Assembly (NCBI GenBank): GCA_973895155.1
Contig: OZ316897.1
Coordinates: forward strand, 5,655,327 to 5,719,326
Source of the DNA: Marsupella aquatica
Taxonomy: Eukaryota; Plantae; Marchantiophyta
DNA: 64,000 nucleotides
Reading direction: 5' to 3'
Shown here: positions 47,111 to 60,065 of the stretch, one piece after another
Position numbering within the stretch: position 1 is the stretch's first letter
How the letters are laid out: every line of letters starts with the position of its first letter
Position numbers and translations under genes: made by a program
Notes under the pieces: generated by a model
What the model was told of the DNA's origin: nothing
What the model saw: only the letters and a program-made list of their open reading frames with translations
Database searches by the model: none

Positions 47111-47519
47111 GCTGCCAAAGCTGAGCATAGATTTTTTTTCTCATACACTGGCGCATGAATTGACTGTCCACGAATCAAACAGCTAGATCACAAGCCATCA
47201 ATGCCATACTGCGCACTACCCAAAAAGCGATTGTATCCACGACTCATCTTCATGATTTTCTTCCGAACTCTGTGAAGCGTCACCCAACACTTGAGATTAA
47301 TTGACCCCCACCAGAGATCAACAATCATTCCTGCAGCGAGACTTCGCATTCCATCAAATCGCCCACATTCACTTTTACGAAGGAAGAGCGCCACAGTCAT
47401 CCATCCACGAAATCCACACAAAAATGCTCAAGGCATCTAAATCCGACATTTATAGCATTTTGAACATTCGACATTGATTTCCAACAGTTCACATTCATAG
47501 ACTACCCCGGATAGACACA

Positions 47520-50507
47520 ATGACCACCGTAGAGAAACTTTTATTTGAGGCACTATCAATCGATGGGGCCAACTACTTATCGTGGTCCCTGGATATTGAA
47601 GCACATCTCAGCTCCAAATCTCTCCAAGATACGATCACCACAGACGCTGGATGCACTCTTCAAGAGAAGGCAAAGGCCCTCATCCTCATCTGTCATCACT
47701 TGGCAGCCCCATTGAAGCGACAGTACTTGAATCAATATAACCCATGCTTACTCTAGGAGGACCTACAATCTTGCTTCGATCACATGAAAACTATATCACT
47801 CCCTGCAGCACGCCATGATTGGATCAATTTACGAGTTCAAGACCATGCTACAATTGCCAACTACAACAGCAATTTATTTCGTATCACCTCACAGCTAGCA
47901 GTGTGCGATCACCCTATAACAGACGAAGAACAAATCGAGAAGACGCTATCGACATTTCATGCTACAAACCTGGTACTCTCGGCACAATACCGTAACATGA
48001 ACTTTACCAGATATTCTGAACTAATTGCTTACATGCTATTAGCAGAAAAGCACCAGATCTTGCTCCTTGAAAATGCCAAAACTCGACCACCCGGCAGTGC
48101 TGCACCACCAACCAAGACCGAGACCCACTTCAACAGAGGAGAAGGCAGCACCAGAGGCAAAGGCAGAAGTTTCTATGGCGGCAGAGGACGTTCGACAGGA
48201 AGAGGACAAGGCCGCTTCAACCGGGACATGGGCAGGAGCAACGACTGGCAAACATCACCGGGACAAACCTGGAACCAGATAGGCAACAGAGGACGAGGCC
48301 ACAGCTTCGGCCGCGGCAGAGGTCGAGGCTACCTCACCTACAACAAAGATAAGTCTGACACTCCCACCTGTTTTAGATGTGGAACTAAAGGTCACACACA
48401 AAAAGATTGTCGTGCCCCTACCCACTTAGTGAAGCTATATCAAGATAATTTGCATCAACTAGGCCCTGGACGTCACGGCAATTTCCTAGAGGCACCCAAT
48501 GAAATTGACCAGTACGTAGTCTCTTCACCTTTACCTGAGGTTCATACTGTTAGTTTACAAAGCGACCTCCCTGCCGATCCTCAACATGAATCCAACCCAC
48601 TCGACTAGCTACCGAAGCCCCCCCTAAGGCAAAAAGGGGCAGACCACTAGGCTCGAAAGATAGCCAACCCAGGCAACGCCGGACCACAGCTATTGTACCT
48701 ACAGCCCTAAGACCCACACCTGCACCCCCTGGACCCCAACCAACTTTAGTTAACGACAATGACTAAATAGCCATCCAATATATGCATTCAGGCAAAGTCT
48801 GGAAACAAGAAACCACTACCATAGATGATGCATTTGCATATCTGATATCAGAAGAGATAACCAATGATACTCCAGATCCATTGACAGTAACAGAATATCA
48901 ATCTTGTCCAGACTGGCCCCAATGGGAAGCGGCTATTAACTCTGCACTTGACTCTTTGATCAAACGCCAGGTTTTCGGACCAATCACTCCAGCTCCCACC
49001 CACAGCCATCTGACCGGCTACAGATTCATCTTCGTCCGAAAGAGAAATGCCAAGGGCAAAGTAGTTAGATATAAGGCCAGACTAGTGGCGAAGGGCTACA
49101 CCCAAATCCCAGGTCAAGACTATGACCTGACACATTCCCCAGTGATGGACTCAATTACATACCGCTACATGATAGCGTTTGCTTTACTACACAAGCTAGT
49201 CATGCACATCCTGGATGTAATAACAGCTTACCTGTATGGCATGCTAGATACCAAAATTTACATGAAAGCTCCTCCAGAGCTTCTCAATAGATTGTCTTTC
49301 CACATTCAGGGGGAGAAGTCAGGCATATCAGTCCAATCACTACGATCTGGCATGATCCAGATGGCTCCTACTGAGCCCTTAATTGCGCAAATTACAAATT
49401 CAGGACCTACTGTCCGCTCTGGTGGGCTATACCCACCACATACTACTCAGCAAGTGCCTACTGCACGTAGCAAGAGACCTCAAATGGAATATGCCGTACA
49501 AATCTTGCGTTCAATGTACGGCCTAAAGCAGAGTGGCCGGATGTGGAAAAAGCGATTCCAAGCTGAAATGTTAGCTTTGGGATTTATAAATGATGAGCTA
49601 GCACCCTGTCTATTTCTAAAATCTCAGGCAGAGGAATTCGTCATAATAGCTATCTATGTAGATGACCTGAATATATTCGGGACACCACAACTCATAGCCC
49701 ATACACTCAGTATTCTGAAGGGCACATTCAAAATGAGGGACCTTGGTCCACCTAACTTCTGCCTCGGCATTCAGTTTGACTACCTGCACAATTAGTCAAT
49801 CTACCTACACAGAGAAGATTTTACGATAGTTCAATATGCAAGCAGCTCACCTTGTCAACACACCAATGGAGCTTCGCTCCTTAGACACTAACAAAGATAT
49901 GTTCAGAAGGCGCGGCGAAATAGAACCTCTTCTTGGATCAGACAAACCCTACCTATCTGCCATTGGCGCCCTTATGTATTTGGCTAATCAGACTCGTCCC
50001 AACATTTCTTTTGCTGTCAACTTATTGGCCAGACATAGTTCTCAGCCAACCATCCGCCATTGGAATGGGCTGAAAAGGATTTTTCGATACCTGAAGGGCA
50101 CAGTCGACGTTGGTCTATTTTTTTCGAAAGATGCTCAAGACAAATTGATTGGATTTGCAGATGCCGGCTACCTCTCTGACCCTAGAGATGCCAAATCACA
50201 AACAGGGTACGTTTTTCTTCAAGGTGGCACTGCAATTTCGTGGCCCACTACTATTTACGAAGACAACTGCCCCTGTGTGGATCAAATTGCTCATGGCTTC
50301 ATAAAAGGTGACAGAATTAAACACATCTCACCAAAATTCTTTTATACACATGAACAGCACGGTGATCAAATTCAGGTCGAATGGATACCTAACCGAGACA
50401 ACCAAGCAGACTTATTCACAAAGCCATTACCACCAATTTTGCATAAGGAACATTCATACGGCATCGGCATGAGAAGCCTATCCACACTGCACATAGAGCA
50501 GACATGA
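47520..50507 (+). pseudogene. Copia gag / RT / RNase H; protease and integrase absent
   Basis: Gag with CFRCGTKGHTQKDC runs directly into the post-integrase linker KKGRPLGSKD; RNase H jumps GGTAISW|PTTIYEDN; several stops. Confidence 0.85.
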
Positions 50508-50568
50508 CCATTGCGATCCACCTCCATCTTCTGCACGATTATAGAAGACACAGCAGCCATTTACCTTC

Positions 50569-50689
50569 TGTGGTGCGTCCCATGGCTCCCTAAACCCCAG
50601 AAACCCCCCTTCACAAGCCGATTCCCGCAGGTTTTGCGCTTGGCGAGGCCGTTTTCGTGGCTTAGTGGCATGGGACGCTGCTAACCTCC
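50569..50689 (-). mobile_element. 3'-terminal ~120 bp of a third A/B-family LTR
   Basis: TGTGGTGCGTCCCATGGCTCCC... matches 28381-28500. Confidence 0.85.
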
Positions 50690-52326
50690 TTGGTGAAGTT
50701 TGCAGCTGAATCCGAGAAAGCTAGAGTGATGGCTAACAGGAGCATGCTTAAAGGGCTAAGGATTTGGTTGGATGATGATCTGACTCCCACACAAGTCCAA
50801 GCAAGGAAAATTGAGCTTGAGAAGGTGAGGGTAGCCAAAGACCAAGGATTGGTAGCCTACTTGTGCAATGGACAAGCTGTTGTTACCAATAAGAAGAGAG
50901 TTGTTTCTAAATGATGGAATGGGACCTTGAGAGTCATGGCATGGAATGTTTCAGGACTTTCCATAGAAACAGCAATTGGAGGGGAACCTTTGTTTGAGAA
51001 TTTTGACATCTTGCTTTTCACGGAGACTTGGGAATATGAGGGAAATGCTCTACCTAGCATTAAAGGCTTTACTTGCATACAATCCATCTTCAATGAGAAG
51101 AAGACCACACGGGGAAGAGGGTTTGGAGGCATTGCTGTCTACACCAAGAATCAACTTCAACACATCACCTCTATTGAGCATGAAGATCCCAGCAAGCAGT
51201 TCATGGTGGTGAGACTTCATACCAGAGGTACTCCATCATTTCTGATTGTCACCTACTTTGCTCCCCTTAATATGAATGTCTATGGTAATGGTAATGGTAA
51301 TGTATTATAAGCTCCGGGACCATGAAAGTCAAAGGAGCTGCCACAAAAAGTAAAGTACAATGCAATCAAAGAAAAGAGCAACCAAAAGAGATTGCTCAGA
51401 AGAGGACAACTATGTCCTCAAAGAAACTATGGACCTAGAGAGCCCTGAAAGATTTTCCAAACCTATTCTCCTTTCCCTATCCACCGCAAAGATATATCTT
51501 CCAAGTTGTTGAGGGGGCAGACCAAACAATGCATACAAATCTTTCACCAAGATTTGAGATGCCATCCTAACCCCCTCATAAAACTTGCAAGCAATGAATA
51601 CATGATATTCATTCTCTATACTAGAGCTATCACATAGTTGACAAACCCTCTTTTTCCTGTCAATATCCTTCCATCTCCCTTGTTCTACTTCAAGGTGGTG
51701 TGAGCTTAGTCTATACTGAGCAATAAGTTGTCTAAGTTGTACTGAGATAGTGCTAGATAAGTATTCTTGTTCTCGATATTTCTTCATGGGGTTCACATCT
51801 CTCATGTAGTATTGTTGCCGTGGGCTAGGTTCATGCCAAAGTTTGTGCAAAGCCTTTTGCTCAAGTTTTGCTCTTAGCTTGGTTGGGTGTGTTGGCCATT
51901 CATGTTCAGGAAAATCCCAAGCATGGGCCCACCTGCACACATCTGCATACCACCCTTTAGCTGAAGATGAGCGCAAGGCATGAAAAGGAAATCTGTTTTC
52001 CTCCAACTCTCTTACACGCATGATGTATTTGAGTGTGTGGAAGAGTGCCTCCACCTCCAAAGGAAACAAGCCTGCCTCTGCAAGTGTAAGTGCATATGGG
52101 GTTTGTGACTTGATCCCAAGCTCCATCTCAAGAAATAGCTTTTGCAGCCCCCTAAGATGGGAATTGCTGATGCACATTATCCCTTTCATAGGTTAATCCA
52201 AGTCATTCATGATATATCACCACTAGGGGAGACATGGATAGTGGGGGACTTTAATGCCAGGGTATCTAATGAACAATTTACTGAAAGTGAGGACTTAGGA
52301 ACTTTACCTTGGTCATCATGTAGTGA
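50689..52326 (+). mobile_element. RTEX-like LINE fragment (end of ORF1, start of ORF2), split by an antisense copy
   Basis: 50689-51283 and 52153-52326 are contiguous in the consensus (LNMNVY|KMGIAD). Confidence 0.92.
51284..52152 (-). mobile_element. RTEX-like LINE 3' fragment (~870 bp) inserted into its own family
   Basis: (GGTAAT)n tail at 51284; ORF2 C terminus. Confidence 0.93.
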
Positions 52327-52330
52327 GTAC

Positions 52331-54140
52331 AAGGAGCTGCCACAAAAAGTAAAGTACAATGCAATCAAAGAAAAGAGCAACCAAAAGAGATTGCTCAGAA
52401 GAGGACAACTATGTCCTCAAAGAAACTATGGACCTAGAGAGCCTTGAAAGATTTTCCAAACCTATTCTCCTTTCCCTATCCACCGCAAAGATATATCTTC
52501 CAAGTTGCTGAGGGGGCAGACCAAACAATGCATACAAATCTTTCACCAAGATTTGAGATGCCATCCTAACCCCCTCATAAAACTTGCAAGCAATGAATAC
52601 ATGATATTCATTCTCTATACTAGAGCTATCACATAGTTGACAAACCCTCTTTTTCCTGTCAATATCCTTCCATCTCCCTTGTTCTACTTCAAGGTGGTGT
52701 GAGCTTAGTCTATACTGAGCAATAAGTTGTCTAAGTTGTACTGAGATAGTGCTAGATAAGTATTCTTGTTCTCGATATTTCTTCATGGGGTTCACGTCTC
52801 TCATGTAGTATTGTTGCCGTGGGCTAGGTTCATGCCAAAGTTTGTGCAAAGCCTTTTGCTCAAGTTTTGCTCTTAGCTTGGTTGGGTGTGTTGGCCATTC
52901 ATGTTCAGGAAAATCCCAAGCATGGGCCCATCTGCACACATCTGCATACCACCCTGTAGCTGAAGATGAGCGCAAGGCATGAAAAGGAAATCTGTTTTCC
53001 TCCAACTCTCTTACACGCATGATGTATTTGAGTGTGTGGAAGAGTGCCTCCACCTCCAAAGGAAACAAGCCTGCCTCTGCAAGTGTAAGTGCATATGGGG
53101 TTTGTGACTTGATCCCAAGCTCCATCTCAAGAAATAGCTTTTGCAGCCCCTCAATCTGTTGCCACCCAGATTTAGACACACCTGCTCCCCAAATTGGTGC
53201 TCCATAAAGAATGACTGGTTTCACCAAAGCTCCAAAGAGATGTTTCCTTAACCTCCAAGTGTGTAGACCAGCTCTTTTGCATTTGTTCATGAATGCATAA
53301 AAAGCTCTGTATCCATTGGCAGCCCTAGATTTTACACATGAGGCCCAACTCAAGTTTTGAGAGAACTCCACCCCAAGGTATTTGTAGGTCCTCACAAATT
53401 CCACCAGATTCCCTTGGAAGTAGAGCTCTGGATTTTGTCGTGTGCCAATGCCCAAACACTTGGTCTTCTTGAGGTTGACTACCATCCCTGTTGCTTGACA
53501 AAACTCCTCCAAGGCATTGAGATGTCTTTGCAAAGCTTCTTGAGCATGAGCAAGTAGGACCACATCATCTGCAAATATAAGAAGTTGGAGGACAAACCTA
53601 CCCAATTGAGTGCCAACTCCACCATGCTCCTTCAAAATGTTGTGTAGCTGATCAATGAAGATGCCAGAGTTGGTGAGAGAGGACAACCTTGGATCACCCC
53701 AAGAGTGCTCCAGATTTCTTCAGAGGTTTCCTTTGAAAGTTTGATGCGCACTTCTTGGTACAATTTAGAAACAGCCAACCTGAGCTCTTCAGGCACTTCC
53801 AACTCCACCATCCTATCCCAAAGCTTGGATCGGGAAACTTTGTCAAAGGCCTTGGAGAAGTCCACAAACAAGCAAAATAATGGTTTATGTGGAGATTTGG
53901 CATTTTCACACAACACCCTCAAGCAGAGAATGTGATCCATAGTGCTGAATTCTCTCCTAAAACCTGCTTGTGAAGGTGCCCTTTTCATCTCACTCTCCAA
54001 CCAAGAGCTTAATCTGGCTTCAAGTAGTCCTCCCAAAACTTTAGCAAAAGTATTGCCTACCATGATGGTTCTGTAGTTGTGCACATCGTCCTTGTTGCCT
54101 GCCTTGAAGATAGGCACCACTCTTCTGGTCATCCAAGCTT
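52331..54140 (-). mobile_element. RTEX-like LINE, 5'-truncated and lacking the tail
   Basis: RT to 3'UTR; 4-bp deletion at ~53665 causes a frameshift; last ~40 bp and tail missing. Confidence 0.92.
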
Positions 54141-54667
54141 GATAATGTCGCAAATTATGGTGTTGTCCAGGTGTTGAAAGTTATCTAAGCAGCGTAGAAC
54201 ATCTTCAATGCTCCACCAGCATGCCACAGCAATATTTCCAGGGGAGAAAATAAGGTGGGAGCGAAGCAAATCCCATGCTTTCCACAGACTTCCAGTGTAG
54301 GGATGACAGCCAAAAGAAAGTGGGTAGCAAAGTAACAAGCGATCTGAGAGTGAGTATCTGTTCCTCCTGATGTGCTTAGTATTCCTCCATTTGGCTAGTT
54401 AATTTGAGATTCTCCTCAAAAAGAGACAACCACTCGGAACTCCATAGATTAAGTGCCCTGTTGAACCATTGGCATAGTAAAGCATCTGAGTGGCTTTGAA
54501 AATCTTTGAAGCCTAAACCGCCGTCAATTAGGGGACGAACCAATGTGTTCTAGGCTACCAAGGGTATTTTCCTGCCACCTTTCTCATTATATCCCCACAA
54601 GAAATCTCTGCAAATTGCCACCATCATCTTAGCCAGTGATTTGGAGCTACGTAGAAACATCATGTGA

Positions 54668-54682
54668 TAATGGTAATGGTAT
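54668..54682 (-). repeat. Tail-only (CATTAC) micro-insertion in L1 ORF2
   Basis: About 10 extra nt CCATTACCAT shift the frame between LQAIPI and YHMMFL. Confidence 0.6.
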
Positions 54683-55414
54683 TGGGATGGCCTGTAAGAC
54701 GTGTTTAACAAGAATTGTACGTCCTGTGAATGATAGAAATCTTGCAGCCCAAATAGAGAGTCTTGCACTGAGTTTGTCGAGGCAGAAGGTATGCAGCTGG
54801 GAGAGATTCAGTCCCCAGCCCAAGGGGGCCCCAAGGTAGCGCTGGATTTCCCCTTTGAGGCTAATTTTGCATCCAGTGTTGGTGAGCCAATCTGGGATCT
54901 CTTCCATCGTGAGAGGAATCACAGTCAACTTCTTCAGATTTAGCTTGGCACCGGAAGCCAATTCATAACAGGCAAGAGCATCAGTCGCCCCTTTGAAGTC
55001 ATCTTTGGTTGCAGGTATTACCATGCCCAAGTCGTCGGCAAACATACGATAGGAGATCGTCAATGCGTCTGATATTTGTATGCCTCTGAAGTCTCCTCGT
55101 CGTATCTCATTGTCCAGATGATCCATAAGAGGTTGAGTAGCAATCACAAAGAGCAAGGGGGAGAGAGGGCATCCTTGCCGAACCCCCGGAGCATGCTAAT
55201 GTCCCTTGAAAACATGCCATTCAAGTGAACCTTGGAGCACGCCCCAGTGAGAAGCGAGCAAACTAGATAAATGAAGTGGCTGCCTAGTCCAAGCGGGTGC
55301 ATAGATTCCCAGATATAGGAGTGGCTGACTCGATCAAAGGCTTTTTCAAAGTCTAATAGAAGAAAAAGTGCACTATATAAGAAGAGAGTTGTTTCTAAAT
55401 GATGGATTGGGACC

Positions 55415-58400
55415 TTGAGAGTCATGGCATGGAATGTTTCAGGACTTTCCATAGAAACAGCAATTGGAGGGGAACCTTTGTTTGAGAATTTTGACATCTT
55501 GCTTTTCACGGAGACTTGGGAATATGAGGGAAATGCTCTACCTAGCATTAAAGGCTTTACTTGCATACAATCCATCTTCAATGAGAAGAAGACCACACGG
55601 GGAAGAGGGTTTGGAGGCATTGCTGTCTACACCAAGAATCAACTTCAACACATCACCTCTATTGAACATGAAGATCCCAGCAAGCAGTTCATGGTGGTGA
55701 GACTTCATACCAGAGGTACTCCATCATTTCTGATTGTTACCTACTTTGCTCCCCTTAATATGAATGTCTATAAGATGGGAATTGCTGATGCACATTATCC
55801 ATTTCATAGGTTAATCCAAGTCATTCATGATATATCACCACTAGGGGAGACATGGATAGTGGGGGACTTTAATGCCAGGGTATCTAATGAACAATTTACT
55901 GAAAGTGAGGACTTAGGAACTTTACCTTGGTCATCATGTAGTGAAGAGATACCTTGGGTGAGAGAGGCTCTTGACACCAGAACAAATGACATGACACGTC
56001 ACTTTTTGCATTTGGGAGCTTCTTGTAATCTAAGAATATTGAATGGGCTTGAGAGATTTCCCCAATCATCTGGTTACACTTTTAGATCTAAACAAGGATG
56101 TAGTACCATTGATTACCTTCTTGCCTCACCTACCTCTGCCACTAGAGTGGTTGACTTTCAAATACTTGATCAACAACCAGAGTCTTCACACTTGCCTTTG
56201 TTGTTCCATCTTGACCTGACCACAATCCCAAACAAAGTGCATAGAAAGCCAGTACCCAAACCTCTGTTTCTAGACCCTGATAGAGAAGTCATCTTCAAAG
56301 CCAACTTTGAACATCTTCTCCATACCCTGGATGATCAGATTGAGCTCTCAGAAGTCATAGCACAAGCAGCAGCCTCTACTTTCTCCACCAAACCCCCTAG
56401 AAAGCAAAACATGAAGGCTTGGTTTGACGAGGATTGTGCTAGAGCAAGGATGCAAGCAAGATCACATTCAGGGGAAAAGAGACTTTTGGCATTCACTATG
56501 TACAAGAACTTCATCAAACACAAGAAGAGGTGCTTCTTGAAGAGTCATCAACAATCACTATGTGAGGAGTTCATCAAACATCCAAAACGTTTTTGGGAGA
56601 GAATGCAATCAGGCAAGACTACTCCCCCCTTGGATCACCAGGACCTGGTAACCTATGTCACATCCTTGTATTTCTTTCCAGATGCTAGTGGCATGCCTTT
56701 GCCCCTTGGGGACACCATTCAGTTTACAGAGAGGGAGGTGAAGGTGCATCTTTCCCACATGCAACATGGGAAAGCTAAAGATCTGTTGGGCCTGAACTTG
56801 GAGCTTCTTTTGTGGGGAGGACCCTCTTTACTAACAAACTTGGTGCATGAGCTGAATCAAGCAATGGCTTTAGGTTTACCTAAAGCTTGGATGACCAGAA
56901 GAGTGGTGCCTATCTTCAAGGCAGGCAACAAGGACGATGTGCACAACTACAGAACCATCATGGTATGCAATACTTTTGCTAAAGTTTTGGGAGGACTACT
57001 TGAAGCCAGATTAAGCTCTTGGTTGGAGAGTGAGATGAACCATTACCATTACCATTACCATGAAAAGGGCACCTTCACAAGCAGGTTTTAGGAGAGAATT
57101 CAGCACTATGGATCACATTCTCTGCTTGAGGGTGTTGTGTGAAAAGGCCAAATCTCCACATAAACCATTATTTTGCTTGTTTGTGGACTTCTCCAAGGCC
57201 TTTGACAAAGTTTCCCGATCCAAGCTTTGGGATAGGATGGTGGAGTTGGAAGTGCCTGAAGAGCTCAGGTTGGCTGTTTCTAAATTGTACCAAGAAGTGC
57301 GCATCAAACTTTCAAAGGAAACCTCTGAAGAAATCTGGAGCACTCTTGGGGTGATCCAAGGTTGTCCTCTCTCACCAACTCTCTTTGGCATCTTCATTGA
57401 TCAGCTACACAACATTTTGGAGGAGCATGGTGGAGTGGGCACTCAATTGGGTAGGTTTGTCCTCCAACTTCTTATATTTGCAGATGATGTGGTCCTACTT
57501 GCTCATGCTCAAGAAGCTTTGCAAAGACATCTCAATGCCTTGGAGGAGTTTTGTCAAGCAACAGGGATGGTAGTCAACCTCAAGAAGACCAAGTGTTTGG
57601 GCATTGGCACACGACAAAATCCAGAGCTCTACTTCCAAGGGAATCTGGTGGAATTTGTGAGGACCTACGAATACCTTGGGGTGGAGTTCTCTCAAAACTT
57701 GAGTTGGGCCTCATGTGTAAAATCTAGGGCTGCCAATGGGTACAGAGCTTTTTATGCATTCATGAACAAATGCAAAAGAGCTGGTCTACACACTTGGAGG
57801 TTAAGGAAACATCTCTTTGGAGCTTTGGTGAAACCAGTCATTCTTTATGGAGCACCAATTTGGGGAGCAGGTGTGTCTAAATCTGGGTGGCAACAGATTG
57901 AGGGGCTGCAAAAGCTATTTCTTGAGATGGAGCTTGGGATCAAGTCACAAACCCCATATGCACTTACACTTGCAGAGGCAGGCTTGTTTCCTTTGGAGGT
58001 GGAGGCACTCTTCCACACACTCAAATACATCATGCGTGTAAGAGAGTTGGAGGAAAACAGATTTCCTTTTCATGCCTTGCGCTCATCTTCAGCTAAAGGG
58101 TGGTATGCAGATGTGTGCAGGTGGGCCCATGCTTGGGATTTTCCTGAACATGAATGGCCAACACACCCAACCAAGCTAAGAGCAAAACTTGAGCAAAAGG
58201 CTTTGCACAAACTTTGGCATGAACCTAGCCCACGGCAGCAATACTACATGAGAGATGTGAACCCCATGAAGAAATATCGAGAACAAGAATACTTATCTAG
58301 TACTATCTCAGTACAACTTAGACAACTTATTGCTCAGTATAGACTAAGCTCACACCACCTTGAAGTAGAACAAGGGAGATGGAAGGATATTGACAGGAAA

Positions 58401-58643
58401 AAGAGGGTTTGTCAACTATGTGATAGCTCTAGTATAGAGAATGAATATCATGTATTCATTGCTTGCAAGTTTTATGAGGGGGTTAGGATGGCATCTCAAA
58501 TCTTGGTGAAAGATTTGTATGCATTGTTTGGTCTGCCCCCTCAGCAACTTGGAAGATATATCTTTGCGGTGGATAGGGAAAGGAGAATAGGTTTGGAAAA
58601 TCTTTCAGGGCTCTCTAGGTCCATAGTTTCTTTGAGGACATAG
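55415..58643 (+). pseudogene. RTEX ORF2 frameshifted by a 25-bp insertion
   Basis: ORFs 55415-57091 and 57060-58643; the only frame-breaking lesion is the insertion at 57040. Confidence 0.92.
57040..57059 (+). repeat. Tail-only insertion CCATTACCATTACCATTACC with 5-bp TSD ATGAA
   Basis: Absent from the other copies (GAGATGAAAAGGGC); ATGAA at 57035-57039 and 57060-57064. Confidence 0.9.
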
Positions 58644-59122
58644 TTGTCCTCTTCTGAGCAATCTCTTTTGGTTGCTCTTTTCTTTGATTGCATTGTACTT
58701 TACTTTTTGTGGCAGCTCCTTTGACTTTCATGGTCCCGGAGCTTATAATACATTACCATTACCATTACCATGGCCGACCCAGTCGGTGGTCAGCCAAGCA
58801 ATAGAAATATTTTCTAAAATGTGACGGCCCGATATAAAGCCAGTTTGCTGAGGATTGATAATTTTATGTAAGAGAGGTTTGAGCCTAAGCACCAAGAGTT
58901 TTGCCACAATTTTGTAGACGGTGTTGGGCATGGTCAGTGGGCGCCAATCTTTCAGTCGTCTTTTGTCTGGTTTCTTTGGGATCAACTTGATTACTCCTTC
59001 TTTCATGCTGGCCGATAAGTTACCTATTCTCCAAAAATCAAGGATCATTGTGAGCAAGTCTTCCTTCAGGAAGTTCCAACATGGTTTGAAAACCTCTGCA
59101 GTGAGCCCATCGAGGCCAGGAG

Positions 59123-59189
59123 TTTTTTTTCCCCTTTTTCAACTTAATACCCGCAAAACCCTATGGGAAAGGGGGCCAGAAGGCAACAA
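59123..59189 (-). mobile_element. 67-bp A-tailed retroposed fragment with 21-bp TSD
   Basis: T-run at 59123; TSD TGAGCCCATCG(A/G)GGCCAGGAG at 59102-59122 and 59190-59210. Confidence 0.8.
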
Positions 59190-60065
59190 TGAGCCCATCG
59201 GGGCCAGGAGCTTTATCAACTGGAAGTAACCATAGGGTGCTGCGAATTTCTTCCATCATCGATGGTGCTTCGAGTTTAAAAATCTCAGCAGCTGTGAGAG
59301 CCTTGCCTGTGTTTGCAAACAGTATGCATTGCGCTTCCCTAACCTCCAGAGATTCACTACGGATTAGATCCTCGGGTGCTTTGTAGAGAAGAGAGCATTG
59401 CTTCTCAACCTCAGATAGAATCAGGTCTTCCCTAGAAATTGAGTCTCCGTTATCAAGCAAGGGCATGGACATGGTTTGTCTTTGTCTTTTGGCCTTGATG
59501 GCGGCAAAGTAGAATTTAGAAGGTTTGTCCCCCTGCCTGAGCCATTTGATCCATGAGAGTCGCCTTCCTAGTTGTGCTTCTTAATGTTTGGCAACATGAA
59601 CTTGGTCCTCAATAGTAGTGTAATCAATGAGATCTAAGTCCGTAAAAGTGTTAATAAGGGCAGATTTCAGCATATGAAGTTTCCCCCTAAGAATGTTAAC
59701 CTCAACCTCTCGGTCGACGGGAGATCGCTGAATTTCCTTATATTTACTTCTCAGACGAATGCTTGCTAAATGAAAGCAAAGATGCGGATCATTGACAATG
59801 GTATCACTGTCACTCCAAGCTATAGACAGTTTGTCGATGAATCCACCAACTTTGAGGAGCCCAGCAGTTGCTTTGAAATAAGAGGCTTTCCTAGAAACTT
59901 CTCGGGCAGGTATCGGGGGTGCAAGTTGAAACTGCAGTAAGATTGGATCATGATCAGAGAGGGCCGAACCTCCATCATGAAGAAGGTCTTCGACAGCTCC
60001 CATCCACCAGCTTCGTCCGCTGATGTAAAACCTGTCAAGTCGTGATTGAACTAAATTCCCATTTA

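Larger units (their letters stand above)
46893..50568 (+). mobile_element. Ty1/Copia Bianca-lineage element, internally deleted, 3' LTR missing
   Basis: Short candidate LTR ~46893-47096, PBS CGTTATTAGCACGA, Bianca-type gag (GANYLSWSLDIEAHL; ARHDWINLR), RT (YKARLVAKG, YGLKQSGR, YVDD), RNase H. Confidence 0.85.
55377..58770 (+). mobile_element. RTEX-like LINE copy with complete ORF2 region
   Basis: From the end of ORF1 to the (CATTAC)n tail; splits L1 ORF2 between DWVGH and YSALFLLLDFEKAFD. Confidence 0.95.

Noticed and set aside
50689-54140. Twin-priming 5' inversion
   Set aside because: The inverted piece lies at the 3' side of a tailless copy, and the middle copy is a separate insertion
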